DNA of 62,415 bases, filler included, from Kipferlia bialata (taxonomy: Eukaryota), in the NCBI GenBank assembly GCA_003568945.1. It is 5 parts of 5 records of this genome, joined end to end, with 100 filler letters (N's around TTAATTAATTAA, not from the genome) between each part and the next. Parts side by side here need not be neighbours in the genome. Positions count along the whole stretch, not along the records: positions 54,036 to 62,415 come from BDIP01000973.1; 4 more parts are not named here. The stretch is one strand, 5' to 3'. Of this stretch, positions 62,363 through 62,415 are shown one piece after another. The notes beneath the pieces were generated by a model that did not search any database, had not been told where the DNA came from, and was given only the letters and a program-made list of their open reading frames with translations. The position numbers were made by a program, and so were the translations under genes. Positions within the stretch are counted from its first letter, which is position 1; every line of letters begins with the position of its first letter.

Positions 62363-62411
<49 letters not shown>

Positions 62412-62415
62412 AGAC

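Noticed and set aside
1..62415. Ciliary or signalling gene cluster (dynein, EF-hand, RIIa, cyclase)
   Set aside because: The genes lie on different, artificially joined contigs.

Overview
Eukaryotic, intron-rich protist DNA read with the standard genetic code (genes end in TAG, TAA and TGA). Introns are short GT-AG with a branch point almost fused to the acceptor (YTNAC-N2-5-YAG). This style and the gene content suggest a free-living fornicate (metamonad) such as Kipferlia; that assignment is inference. The window is five contigs (the four delimited by linkers about 13.4 kb, size-sorted) joined by artificial 100-nt N/TTAATTAATTAA linkers, so neighbourhood across linkers is meaningless. Genes spliced by hand: a DNAH6-like inner-arm dynein heavy chain, a SPRY protein, a CUE+Smr protein (Cue2/NONU-1-like), a coiled-coil CaaX protein, a fused double SMYD-like SET protein, a membrane class III nucleotidyl cyclase with a degenerate active site, a multi-EF-hand protein, a MATE transporter, the Dbp5 3' end, a small RIIa-domain protein, an amino-acid transporter, a hypothetical protein and an HMG-box protein. 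Two non-genic signals stand out. (1) Promoter-side intergenic DNA holds at least eight perfect 22-nt motifs of the form [8-mer minus last base][reverse complement of the 8-mer][8-mer minus first base], each with a different 8-mer. This is the geometry predicted for hairpin-mediated (hAT-type) transposon excision footprints. (2) Introns of several genes are filled with 'exon echoes': diverged partial copies of the neighbouring exon, often with its splice site, at about 80-130 nt spacing and with consistent polarity.
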